Below are positions 8,758-16,501 of a DNA stretch of 16,803 bases, one piece after another (positions within the stretch are counted from its first letter, which is position 1; every line of letters begins with the position of its first letter). Location of the stretch: positions 1-16,803 of the forward strand of contig JBHLMG010000033.1 of assembly GCA_048938385.1 (NCBI GenBank), in the 5' to 3' direction. A model generated the notes under the pieces. That model saw nothing but the letters and a program-made list of their open reading frames with translations, searched no databases and was not told where the DNA came from. The DNA comes from Promethearchaeota archaeon. GTDB lineage: Archaea > Asgardarchaeota > Hermodarchaeia > Hermodarchaeales > Hermodarchaeaceae. The position numbers and the translations under genes are program-made.

Positions 8758-9195
8758 GTGAGTCGTGAACGACAACTCGAGCTGGAATCAGAGCTTCATG
8801 GACGAACGCTGCGGGTGTATTTCGAATTGCTTTCAATTCGAGAACCTGTTGGGCCACGACAGTTACAGCGTAAGTTAGGTCTATCGTCTCCAAGTTTGGC
8901 AGCGTATCATTTAGATAAATTAGTGGATTTGAAACTTGTTCGTCGTGAACGAGGAGAATATTCGGTTGAAGAAATCGTGCATGTAGGTGTGCTCAAACAA
9001 TTCATATGGATAGGACGCCGGGCGTTACCCCGCCATTTATTTTATGCGACCTTCTTCACCACCGCATTGATAACTTACTTGATTCTTTATCCACAATTCT
9101 TGACCTTTGGAAATGTCGCTGCCTGGTTGTTTGGGAGTAGCGCGTCGATATTGCTTTGGTTTGAAACCTGGCGTTCTCATAAAAACCGACCATAG
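8758..9195 (+). CDS. Membrane-anchored winged-HTH protein (N-terminal HTH plus two C-terminal TM helices)
   Basis: GRTLRVY..L...PVGPRQLQRKLGLSSPSLAAYHLDKL...LV....GEY HTH/wing, then hydrophobic LFYATFFTTALITYLILY and FGNVAAWLFGSSASILLWF. Confidence 0.8.
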   Translation: MSRERQLELESELHGRTLRVYFELLSIREPVGPRQLQRKLGLSSPSLAAYHLDKLVDLKLVRRERGEYSVEEIVHVGVLKQFIWIGRRALPRHLFYATFFTTALITYLILYPQFLTFGNVAAWLFGSSASILLWFETWRSHKNRP

Positions 9196-9255
9196 CGGGA
9201 GTGTTCTAAACCGTAGTATAAAATGGATGACTGCCCACATGAAAGGTGAATAATT

Positions 9256-9570
9256 GTGACAAACCAAAAGTTACGGAAATGGTATCAACGGCGAGAAGTG
9301 TACCTCATTGCGGGCATAGCAATTGGTATCACATTGATGATGATGCCTGCTATCACGCATCTAGCTCTGGGACCCACTTCGCCGTTCTTAGAAGACAATC
9401 GTGAATGGTTCGTCAGTGGTGAGACGATAGCGTCACCAATAGATGCAGCAACTGAGCTCTTATGGATAGCGTTACCCGCCATATTTTTCGTCGTTGCATT
9501 ATACTGGATTGTAGGGCGTCGGCGTCGTTGGGCTGGATACGATTCGGCAGTTAAGTGGAGTCGACGCTAA
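9256..9570 (+). CDS. Small two-TM membrane protein, hypothetical
   Basis: GGTGA SD at 9245-9249 before the GTG. Two hydrophobic stretches flanked by basic termini (KLRKWYQRR, GRRRRW) around an acidic loop, consistent with the positive-inside rule. Confidence 0.7.
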   Translation: MTNQKLRKWYQRREVYLIAGIAIGITLMMMPAITHLALGPTSPFLEDNREWFVSGETIASPIDAATELLWIALPAIFFVVALYWIVGRRRRWAGYDSAVKWSRR

Positions 9571-9644
9571 AAACCAAATAGTTAAAGCGTCACAGACACT
9601 CCAAAGCTTAAACTCCATTTCACAACATGCAGAGAGTGCATGCT

Positions 9645-11423
9645 ATGCGTTTCACATCAGCAGAACTGCGAAACCGCTACATTCAGTTCTTCACAGCACG
9701 TGGTCATGCTGAAATTCCATCTGCATCTCTCATCCCGCAACTCGATCCAACAGTTCTTTTCATGAGCGCAGGCATGCAACCGCTTATCCCTTACTTGTTA
9801 GGTCAGCCTCACCCTCAAGGCCGCCAGTTAGTGAATGTACAAAAGTGCATCAGGACTGACGATATCGATGAGGTAGGAGATACCTTTCATCTAACCTTCT
9901 TTGAGATGCTCGGAAACTGGTCCCTTGGAGCCTATGGGAAACAGGAAGCGATTGAGATGGCTATGGATTTTCTCATCAAACCTGACATTGGACTCGGCCT
10001 TGATCTGGAAAGTTTACATGTTACTGTCTATGAAGGTGACGATGAAGTCCCTCCAGACGAAGAAGCCGCCAGCGTTTGGCAAAAACAAGGCATTCCTCAA
10101 GACCGGATTCATTTCTTACCGCGTAAGGATAATTGGTGGGCGTTGGGTGATACAGGTCCTCAAGGTCCAGATACAGAGATCTTTGTTGATATCGGAATCC
10201 CCCCCTGCTCCAACACTTGCCATCCAAACTGTAGTTGCGGTAAATATGTTGAGATATGGAATCTTGTGTTCATGAGCTATGATCGTTTGAAAGATGGCAC
10301 TCTAACTCCGTTGAAACAGATGAACATTGATACAGGAATGGGATTAGAACGAACACTCCAAGTGATTAATCAACTTCCTAGTGTTTTTGAGACCGATGTT
10401 TTTAAACCGCTTGTTGAGAAAATTCAAGAGATAGCACAAATCGAGAAACCTAACCCAACTCAAGTTATTTCTATTCGAGTTATTGCAGATCACATTCGAT
10501 CAGCCATAATGGCTCTTGCCGATGATCACGGGTTAGTTCCATCTAATGTTGAACGAGGGTATGTAATTCGTCGATTAATCCGAATGGCGATTCGGCAGGG
10601 CCTCCAGTTGAACATAGAACGCTATTTCCTAGGGGAACTAATTCCTGTAGTTATAGCCACGCTTGGTAAAGAATACGATGAACTCCTGCGGAATAAAGCT
10701 CACATCGAAACCCAAATCGAGAAGGAAGCGAAGCGATTTCACAATACTTTACGACGGGGACTTCGAATCGCAGAACGAATCCTAAAGGAGAAAGGAGTAT
10801 TAACTGGCAAAGACGGATTCATGCTTTTTGCCACATATGGATTCCCCATTGAAATGACGCTACAAATTGCCCAAGAACATGGACAGGAAGTTGATCTAGA
10901 AGACTTCCGTAGAGAGTTTGAGCAGCATCAGCAAATTTCTCGCGATGCCATGCAGGAACGGTTTACAAGTGGACTTGCAGATCATTCAGAAGAAGTCATT
11001 CAGCTTCACACTGCCACACACTTACTACATCAGGCCCTTCGCCACTTTCTGGGTTCATCAGTATACCAGAAAGGTAGCAATATTACTAAGGAACGGTTGC
11101 GATTGGATGTCCAATTAAGTCGGAAGCTAACCCCAAAAGAGCTCAACCAAGTGGAAAAATGGGTCAACGATGTCATACGACAAGATTTACCCGTTACCTT
11201 CAAAGTCATGTCACCCAAAAAGGCTCAAGAACAGGGTGCTTTAGGATTCTTTGGTGAAAAATACGGGGAGCAGGTGAAGGTGTACAGCGTTGGCGATGTG
11301 TCGAAGGAAATTTGTAGTGGTCCCCATGTTGAACGTACTGGTATACTAGGGCTATTCAAGATTACAAAGCAGAAACGCATTGGAGCCGATACTCTTCGGC
11401 TGCGGGCAATCCTTGAAAATTAA
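9645..11423 (+). CDS. alaS: Alanine--tRNA ligase, short bacterial-type form without C-Ala
   Basis: DPTVLFMSAGMQP, QKCIRT.DIDEVG...HLTFFEMLGNWS.G.Y.K, EIWNLVFM, IDTGMGLER, IADH.R, RGYVIRRLIR, TYGFP, editing HTATH and CSGPH. Start is ATG 9645 or 9627. Confidence 0.97.
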   Translation: MRFTSAELRNRYIQFFTARGHAEIPSASLIPQLDPTVLFMSAGMQPLIPYLLGQPHPQGRQLVNVQKCIRTDDIDEVGDTFHLTFFEMLGNWSLGAYGKQEAIEMAMDFLIKPDIGLGLDLESLHVTVYEGDDEVPPDEEAASVWQKQGIPQDRIHFLPRKDNWWALGDTGPQGPDTEIFVDIGIPPCSNTCHPNCSCGKYVEIWNLVFMSYDRLKDGTLTPLKQMNIDTGMGLERTLQVINQLPSVFETDVFKPLVEKIQEIAQIEKPNPTQVISIRVIADHIRSAIMALADDHGLVPSNVERGYVIRRLIRMAIRQGLQLNIERYFLGELIPVVIATLGKEYDELLRNKAHIETQIEKEAKRFHNTLRRGLRIAERILKEKGVLTGKDGFMLFATYGFPIEMTLQIAQEHGQEVDLEDFRREFEQHQQISRDAMQERFTSGLADHSEEVIQLHTATHLLHQALRHFLGSSVYQKGSNITKERLRLDVQLSRKLTPKELNQVEKWVNDVIRQDLPVTFKVMSPKKAQEQGALGFFGEKYGEQVKVYSVGDVSKEICSGPHVERTGILGLFKITKQKRIGADTLRLRAILEN

Positions 11424-11448
11424 AACTAATAACCGGTCCAGAGCCTAT

Positions 11449-11952
11449 TTAGATCTCGATTTTTTTCGTTTTCAATGGAAGCGGCATGATGTACATTTGG
11501 GAGATGAATTGTTTTCCACCACAAGCGCACATGCCTTCAGGTTTGAAAATATAATCTCCCTTTTCCCAGACACGCTCACTGTTTCGTTTACAAGCCTCAC
11601 AGCGCAATTGAACAACAACGCCTATCTTCTTGTACTCAATAAGATACCGGCTTAGCCGCGAATTGATAGTACCTGCGACACCATAGATGATCATGGATAG
11701 AACGAAGGTAATCATTAGAATATAGTAAAACCACTCAGGGAGTGGGATAGGAGTGCCGCCAAGGAAGCTTGGGAGAAAACTGGCGTACATGAGTATACCG
11801 ATTTGAAGCATTAAGACTATTAGGAGACCACTCGACAACATTGACATGATTCGACTGCTTCGTGCATACGACCGTATCCGATCAACTAGTCGACGAATCT
11901 GATCGATTGTCGGTTTAGGTTCCTGCCAAGGTTCTACACTCATTTTCGTCAT
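11449..11952 (-). CDS. Hypothetical two-TM protein with a C-terminal Zn-ribbon (CEAC...CACG)
   Basis: Two long hydrophobic helices, then LRCEACKRNSERVWEKGDYIFKPEGMCACGG. TATA-like TTTTAAG about 27 nt upstream. Confidence 0.75.
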   Translation of the reverse strand: MTKMSVEPWQEPKPTIDQIRRLVDRIRSYARSSRIMSMLSSGLLIVLMLQIGILMYASFLPSFLGGTPIPLPEWFYYILMITFVLSMIIYGVAGTINSRLSRYLIEYKKIGVVVQLRCEACKRNSERVWEKGDYIFKPEGMCACGGKQFISQMYIMPLPLKTKKIEI

Positions 11953-11972
11953 GGCTGCGTTATGAATAAAGG

Positions 11973-11979
11973 CTTAAAA
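11973..11979 (-). promoter_or_regulatory. Candidate TATA box, leaderless transcript of the 2-TM/Zn-ribbon gene
   Basis: TTTTAAG on the minus strand starting 27 nt before ATG 11952. Confidence 0.45.
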
Positions 11980-12029
11980 GGATATCGAAGCTGCACAACC
12001 CAGGGATAGTGATTGTGTGGTGGATTCGT

Positions 12030-12482
12030 ATGCCTTCACCAAGACAATCTGATTTCAACATCCAACAGCGAACACCAATGCTTGCTGTTGATGCAGTGAT
12101 TTACCTAAATGATAATAGGCTGGTGCTAATTGCACGGAAGAACGCGCCTTTCAAAGGATGGTGGGCTTTACCAGGTGGAATCGTTGAAGTTGGTGAAACC
12201 GTGGAGCAAGCCATCATCCGCGAAGTACGAGAAGAGACAGGACTTGAGATAGAACTGCAAAACCTAGTGGGTGTTTTTTCTAATCCTGACCGAGATCCCC
12301 GTGGTCACATCGTGAGCATTGCTTTTCTAGCCACTCGAATTGGTGGAGATCTTGCTCACGGAAGTGATGCCACAAGAGTTCAAGCATTTCGAAAACTCCC
12401 CAGCCAATTAGCGTTCGACCATAAGGAGATCATTGCAGCCGCAGAAGCATTTCGGCGTGGAGAGGACCGCAAAACTCGTTGA
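12030..12482 (+). CDS. Nudix hydrolase (ADP-ribose pyrophosphatase-like)
   Basis: Nudix box GGIVEVGETVEQAIIREVREETGL, plus RDPRGH and LAFDH. ATG 12030 preferred over GTG 12009. Confidence 0.93.
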   Translation: MPSPRQSDFNIQQRTPMLAVDAVIYLNDNRLVLIARKNAPFKGWWALPGGIVEVGETVEQAIIREVREETGLEIELQNLVGVFSNPDRDPRGHIVSIAFLATRIGGDLAHGSDATRVQAFRKLPSQLAFDHKEIIAAAEAFRRGEDRKTR

Positions 12483-12499
12483 GTGCTTCAACGAAGCTC

Positions 12500-12513
12500 A
12501 ACAAAGTTTATAT
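12500..12513 (+). promoter_or_regulatory. Candidate BRE/TATA for the proline-rich gene
   Basis: Purine-rich AACAAAG directly followed by TTTATAT. Confidence 0.55.
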
Positions 12514-12576
12514 GTAAGCCGATTACATTCCTAGCTTACAGTACCCAAACCACGCAGATGGCGGGGTGTAGCAAGA

Positions 12577-13137
12577 ATGACTACTTCAGACAAGGAAGCC
12601 ATTTTAATGCGGGTTTCCGAATTTCTCCAGAAATCCGTTAACGATCTAGCTGATGCTCTAAACACCGTCGCTAAACAAGTCACAGAGTTCCAGACTAGTC
12701 TTAAGAAAATTCGCAAAGACCTTCAGGATGCAAGGGTCACGCCAATGACTGGAGCTGCCACACCCCTTTTAGCAGCTGAAGCCACCAGTGGAGTCAGCTC
12801 TGAAAGTCTGTTTGATTTTCTGGAAGGTGAGGCTGTAGCAATTACTACTGCTGAACCAAGCGGAGTAGCTGAATCCATCCTCTTAGGAGAACCCTCAGCA
12901 ATTCCTGCCATTCCAGCTGTGCCTCCCAAAGCACCACCTACAATTACACCTCCCAGCGCTCCCCCCAGCGCCCCACCCAGCGCCCCTCCTGCAGCTGCAC
13001 CGACGGTTGCACCCCCAGCGCCTTTACCAGCCCCTGCGGCTGCTCCAAGCCCGGCTCCAGCGGCTCCTGGAATAGCTGGGCTTCGCAATGAAATGATGGC
13101 AGAGATTAAGCGAATCAAAGAAATTTTTGAATCCTAG
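12577..13137 (+). CDS. Hypothetical coiled-coil / proline-rich protein with a C-terminal amphipathic helix
   Basis: Heptad-like residues about 5-53, acidic LFDFLE, long Pro/Ala tract, terminal GLRNEMMAEIKRIKEIF. Own TATA-like box at 12507-12513. Confidence 0.8.
   Translation: MTTSDKEAILMRVSEFLQKSVNDLADALNTVAKQVTEFQTSLKKIRKDLQDARVTPMTGAATPLLAAEATSGVSSESLFDFLEGEAVAITTAEPSGVAESILLGEPSAIPAIPAVPPKAPPTITPPSAPPSAPPSAPPAAAPTVAPPAPLPAPAAAPSPAPAAPGIAGLRNEMMAEIKRIKEIFES
12949..12984 (+). repeat. In-frame 12-bp tandem repeat, three copies, encoding PPSA
   Basis: cctcccagcgct / ccccccagcgcc / ccacccagcgcc; differences are only at synonymous positions. Confidence 0.85.
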
Positions 13138-13265
13138 TCCATTCCTTGTCTTGCTGTTTTATAGTCCCTTCATAAACAGGCCGGCAACGAATCTCTCATT
13201 GTGAGAAATAGTTACCACTATTCAATTACAAGGAAGAAAAAACGCCTTTTATAAAAACAAAGAGG

Positions 13266-13538
13266 TTAGTAGGATAATCGCCAAATCATGTTATTGGCGA
13301 TTATAAAGAATGTCTCGTCTTTGTAGATTACTAGAGTCCTAAAATAGCTTGCTACTGCTAGAAAGGTTTTGATCTTGGTTTCCTCGCCCTCATTGTATTT
13401 GATATCTACTGCGGCACTTACAGCGCCTTTATTCAGTGAGAGTCTGTTAATCGCCCGATCGTCCACAATCGGGATCTTCATGCCCTTGGCCTCATTGTAT
13501 ACAGCTTGACGAAATGCGCTAACTGCGGGTTTTGACAT
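13266..13538 (-). CDS. Hypothetical 90-aa soluble protein
   Basis: ATG start with GGAG upstream and TATATAT at 13595-13601. Fills the gap between neighbours without overlap; no recognisable motif. Confidence 0.7.
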   Translation of the reverse strand: MSKPAVSAFRQAVYNEAKGMKIPIVDDRAINRLSLNKGAVSAAVDIKYNEGEETKIKTFLAVASYFRTLVIYKDETFFIIANNMIWRLSY

Positions 13539-13638
13539 CTTTTCGTCTCTCCGTTATCTGGGATGGGAACTACTCTGACTTTATGGATTTGAGCATATAT
13601 AGGTTGCGTCTTGTTTGTGAAATGAAGCTTTTATTTAA

Positions 13639-15336
13639 TTACCTCTTATTGGAGTTGCCAGCAAGGTATTGTAATCGACGAAGAACGAGTTGAGGTTCAG
13701 TGAAGGCGAGGAAGGCGGAGGCTCGCGGGCCTTGATCTTGTCCAAGAAACGCTTGGTAGAGGAAGCGGAAAAATAAATGCTGGTCTTTTTTAGGTAAGGA
13801 TTTAGTTAGAGGCTTCATAGCAGCGGTAATAGCTTGCTCTGTCCACTGGTTAGGATTAAGGGAGTTGTGGAGTTGCTGAAAGAGCACCCGAAGGTTAGAA
13901 GGAACATCCTGATTAAGATTCGTGGGCGGCTGGGCAAGGATTGTGATGCGAGAAGAGGGAGGAGCGTATTGAGTAACCCAGGTATAGGCTTGGTTTAAGC
14001 GAGTGACGATATACACGCGTTCTGCGTTGGTGAGCGAGGCGGGAATCATCGCGCTTTCAGTTAGTTTTGCTATCGCCACATCAGAGAACTCTTCTTGTGG
14101 GATAATTTGTGCAAGAATAACAGCGTGAAGGAAAGGAATTTGAATAGGTGCTTCGGCGGGGACTGGATCGAGATGGGCCAATTCGTAGCTACGGCGAATA
14201 TCCGATACTTCTTGAACAGGAGCTCTTGGGGTGTCAATACGATAGTAGACGCGTTCAGCGCGATCGTACTGTCCGATATAGGTGGGAACATTATCTAATC
14301 CGAGAACGATGCGTTTCATAGGACGGTTTTTCAGATAGAGGTAACGCAGCACTTCGCCTGAGGCAACAGAGATCCAGGTTTTTGGCGTAAAACCGTTGAA
14401 GTCTGAGCTGCCCATATCACCTTTGTCAACATTGTCTTCGCTGAGTCCTACCCATTCATAGGCGAATGGTACGGGTGGCTTAAACTTGAAGAAGGTTTCC
14501 GCGATTTCCTTTGCACTATCCCTTGAACCGCCCGGTGTGGCATGGTCCTTTCCGAAGGGCTCGAACCCTACATTGAGAACCTTCCAGAGGGCGGCCCATT
14601 CAATCCGCCAAGAAAGTTTTCCGTTTTCTATGTTTGTGGAGCCTTCCGCTCCACAGCCCTCACATCGATACTGAGCTGTATAGGCATCAAGATCAGTAGA
14701 CACCACTGTGGTAGTACTCAGTCGCTTACACTTTTCGCAGACTACATCCACGGGAATCCAGTCAGGCGGATAGGGGTTACGCTCTCGATATTTGTTAATA
14801 ATTTGGCGAGCAGCTTCTCGGTTCTGAATAGTATACCGGACCAATTCGTGCATTTGTGGCCAAGAATATATCTCGTGAGTGCTCAGAGGTTCAGCGTCCC
14901 GACTAAAGTGATCGAGGTACCCACCAAAATCGAGCCAGTACCGGTTAATCCAGCTTGGTAACTCACCCTTAGGATCCGGCACATCTGCAAGTCTTCGTCC
15001 CACATAGGCTCTGGCTGCCTTGGGGTCAGGAAACTGGGCAAGTTGCGCTTCCTTTCCCTTCCATTCATCGCTAGTGTAACGCACAATTGTGTGCCGGGTT
15101 TCAAAACCTTGATTCCGCAGCTGGTGCATCACCGTATTCGCCAAGGTAACTTCGCCACGCAGTCGACCAACATGTTGCAAACCCGAAACAGAGAGACCAC
15201 AACTACAATTGATCCGGGTAGCACCCTGACCCCAGTAGGCGATAATGTCGTCTACAAGCTCATCAAGCCAGTGCCGGTACTTCGATTGGTTGCCCACACT
15301 TGTCACTACCTTTACTCCCTCAGTAACTTTTTTCAT
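13639..15336 (-). CDS. lysS: Lysine--tRNA ligase, class I
   Basis: N-terminal HW, SGLQHVG (HIGH equivalent), CEKC and CEGC Zn sites, GKLSWRIEWAALW, FEPFGKDH...GGS, YEW, DMGSS (KMSKS equivalent), C-terminal LYQAFLG..QGPR. Exact start uncertain. Confidence 0.97.
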   Translation of the reverse strand: MKKVTEGVKVVTSVGNQSKYRHWLDELVDDIIAYWGQGATRINCSCGLSVSGLQHVGRLRGEVTLANTVMHQLRNQGFETRHTIVRYTSDEWKGKEAQLAQFPDPKAARAYVGRRLADVPDPKGELPSWINRYWLDFGGYLDHFSRDAEPLSTHEIYSWPQMHELVRYTIQNREAARQIINKYRERNPYPPDWIPVDVVCEKCKRLSTTTVVSTDLDAYTAQYRCEGCGAEGSTNIENGKLSWRIEWAALWKVLNVGFEPFGKDHATPGGSRDSAKEIAETFFKFKPPVPFAYEWVGLSEDNVDKGDMGSSDFNGFTPKTWISVASGEVLRYLYLKNRPMKRIVLGLDNVPTYIGQYDRAERVYYRIDTPRAPVQEVSDIRRSYELAHLDPVPAEAPIQIPFLHAVILAQIIPQEEFSDVAIAKLTESAMIPASLTNAERVYIVTRLNQAYTWVTQYAPPSSRITILAQPPTNLNQDVPSNLRVLFQQLHNSLNPNQWTEQAITAAMKPLTKSLPKKDQHLFFRFLYQAFLGQDQGPRASAFLAFTEPQLVLRRLQYLAGNSNKR

Positions 15337-15369
15337 CCTTTTGAAGGATTCGCTTCACTTCGCTGCCAT

Positions 15370-16494
15370 TTACTCTGTGCTGAAAGGCAGAGAGTTTTGA
15401 CCAACCTCACCATAGACGCGTTGGGTCTCAACGAGCAGTATTTCAAGGTTCCAATCTTCTTTAACTGACACCTGCACAGATGAGAAGCCAAATTGCTCCA
15501 AAACAAATTTGGCGCAGCGTTGGATGATGTCTTTTTCGACTAAATCTGTCTTGTTTAAAACGACCAATATCCGCTGGTTTTCAATGCCAATGGCTTCTAA
15601 AATGGCTAGCGAGCTTTCCAGTTTCATCTTTAGAACTTGGAGTTCGTCTGATACATCAACGATGAGTAGCAACACATCAGCTGCTCGCATGTCATCTAAA
15701 TTCAATTGGAAGGCAGAAATCAGTTCAGGATCCAAATCGAGAGCAAACCCGATGGTATCAGCTATTAGGAGGTTAGGATTGCCAATTCGTGACCATTTGG
15801 ATGCTAGAGTGGTGAATGGACGGTCACTCACTTCTTTGTCTGTTCCACTGAGCGCATTGAATAAACTGGTTTTACCTGCATTGTAGCAACCTACTACCGT
15901 TACCATCGGAATTCCCGCTTTCCGGCGTTTCCGCATCCGTTGACGGTGTTCGCGGCGATAACTGGCTAATTCTGAAGTTACTTTTGCTATTCGTTTTCGT
16001 ACCTGTCGTAGTTGGGCATGATAAGCGTACTCACCGGGACCTCGTCCCCCAAGCCGTGCGGGACGCTCTCGGAGTAAACGCTCACTTTCGGCGACCTTGA
16101 CGAAAGGGTAGCTTTTCTGTAATAGGGCAAGCTCTAATTGTAACTGAGAAATTCGATCTCGGGCTTCCTGGCTAAAAACCTGCAAGACCACTTCATACCG
16201 ATCTAACACTAGGACTCCCAAAGCCCGTTGCAGGTTGAATTTCTGCATGGAGGTTAATTCATTGTATATGGTGACCACTTCGATGTTCTCCGCTGCGACT
16301 AATGTCGCCATCTCTTCAACCTTCCCTCGCCCAAACAAGGTTCCACCGTGTGGTCGCATCCGGGTCTGTATCACTGTCTCAATAACCTCAAACCCCACAG
16401 CATCCACTAACTGAATAAACTCCTCCAGTCGTATCGGCCATTCCACATGATCGTGTACCTGCTGCCGTAACATCGCCAGTAACGCGCGTGTCAG
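15370..16494 (-). CDS. hflX: Ribosome-splitting GTPase HflX
   Basis: FGRGKVEE, LTSMQ..NL, VLDRY..VL..F, GGRGPGE, G1 GCYNAGKT, G2 PFTTL, G3 DTIG, G4 NKTD. Start is ATG 16473 (ORF track) or more probably CTG 16494, which follows an SD. Confidence 0.93.
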   Translation of the reverse strand: MTRALLAMLRQQVHDHVEWPIRLEEFIQLVDAVGFEVIETVIQTRMRPHGGTLFGRGKVEEMATLVAAENIEVVTIYNELTSMQKFNLQRALGVLVLDRYEVVLQVFSQEARDRISQLQLELALLQKSYPFVKVAESERLLRERPARLGGRGPGEYAYHAQLRQVRKRIAKVTSELASYRREHRQRMRKRRKAGIPMVTVVGCYNAGKTSLFNALSGTDKEVSDRPFTTLASKWSRIGNPNLLIADTIGFALDLDPELISAFQLNLDDMRAADVLLLIVDVSDELQVLKMKLESSLAILEAIGIENQRILVVLNKTDLVEKDIIQRCAKFVLEQFGFSSVQVSVKEDWNLEILLVETQRVYGEVGQNSLPFSTE

Positions 16495-16501
16495 AAGTCG
16501 T

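Noticed and set aside
739-12482. Selenocysteine/pyrrolysine read-through at TGA/TAG stops
   Set aside because: The proteins look complete at their stops, and I saw no convincing SECIS or in-frame domain continuation.
12723-13118. 131-aa Gly/Ala-rich minus-strand ORF
   Set aside because: Mirror of the Pro/Ala codons on the plus strand.
1252-15886. Remaining short ORF-track entries nested in or antisense to assigned genes (e.g. 1307-1660, 5269-5679, 7789-8184, 9901-10275, 14542-14961, 15043-15468, 15509-15886)
   Set aside because: They overlap well-supported CDSs and show no motifs or independent expression signals.
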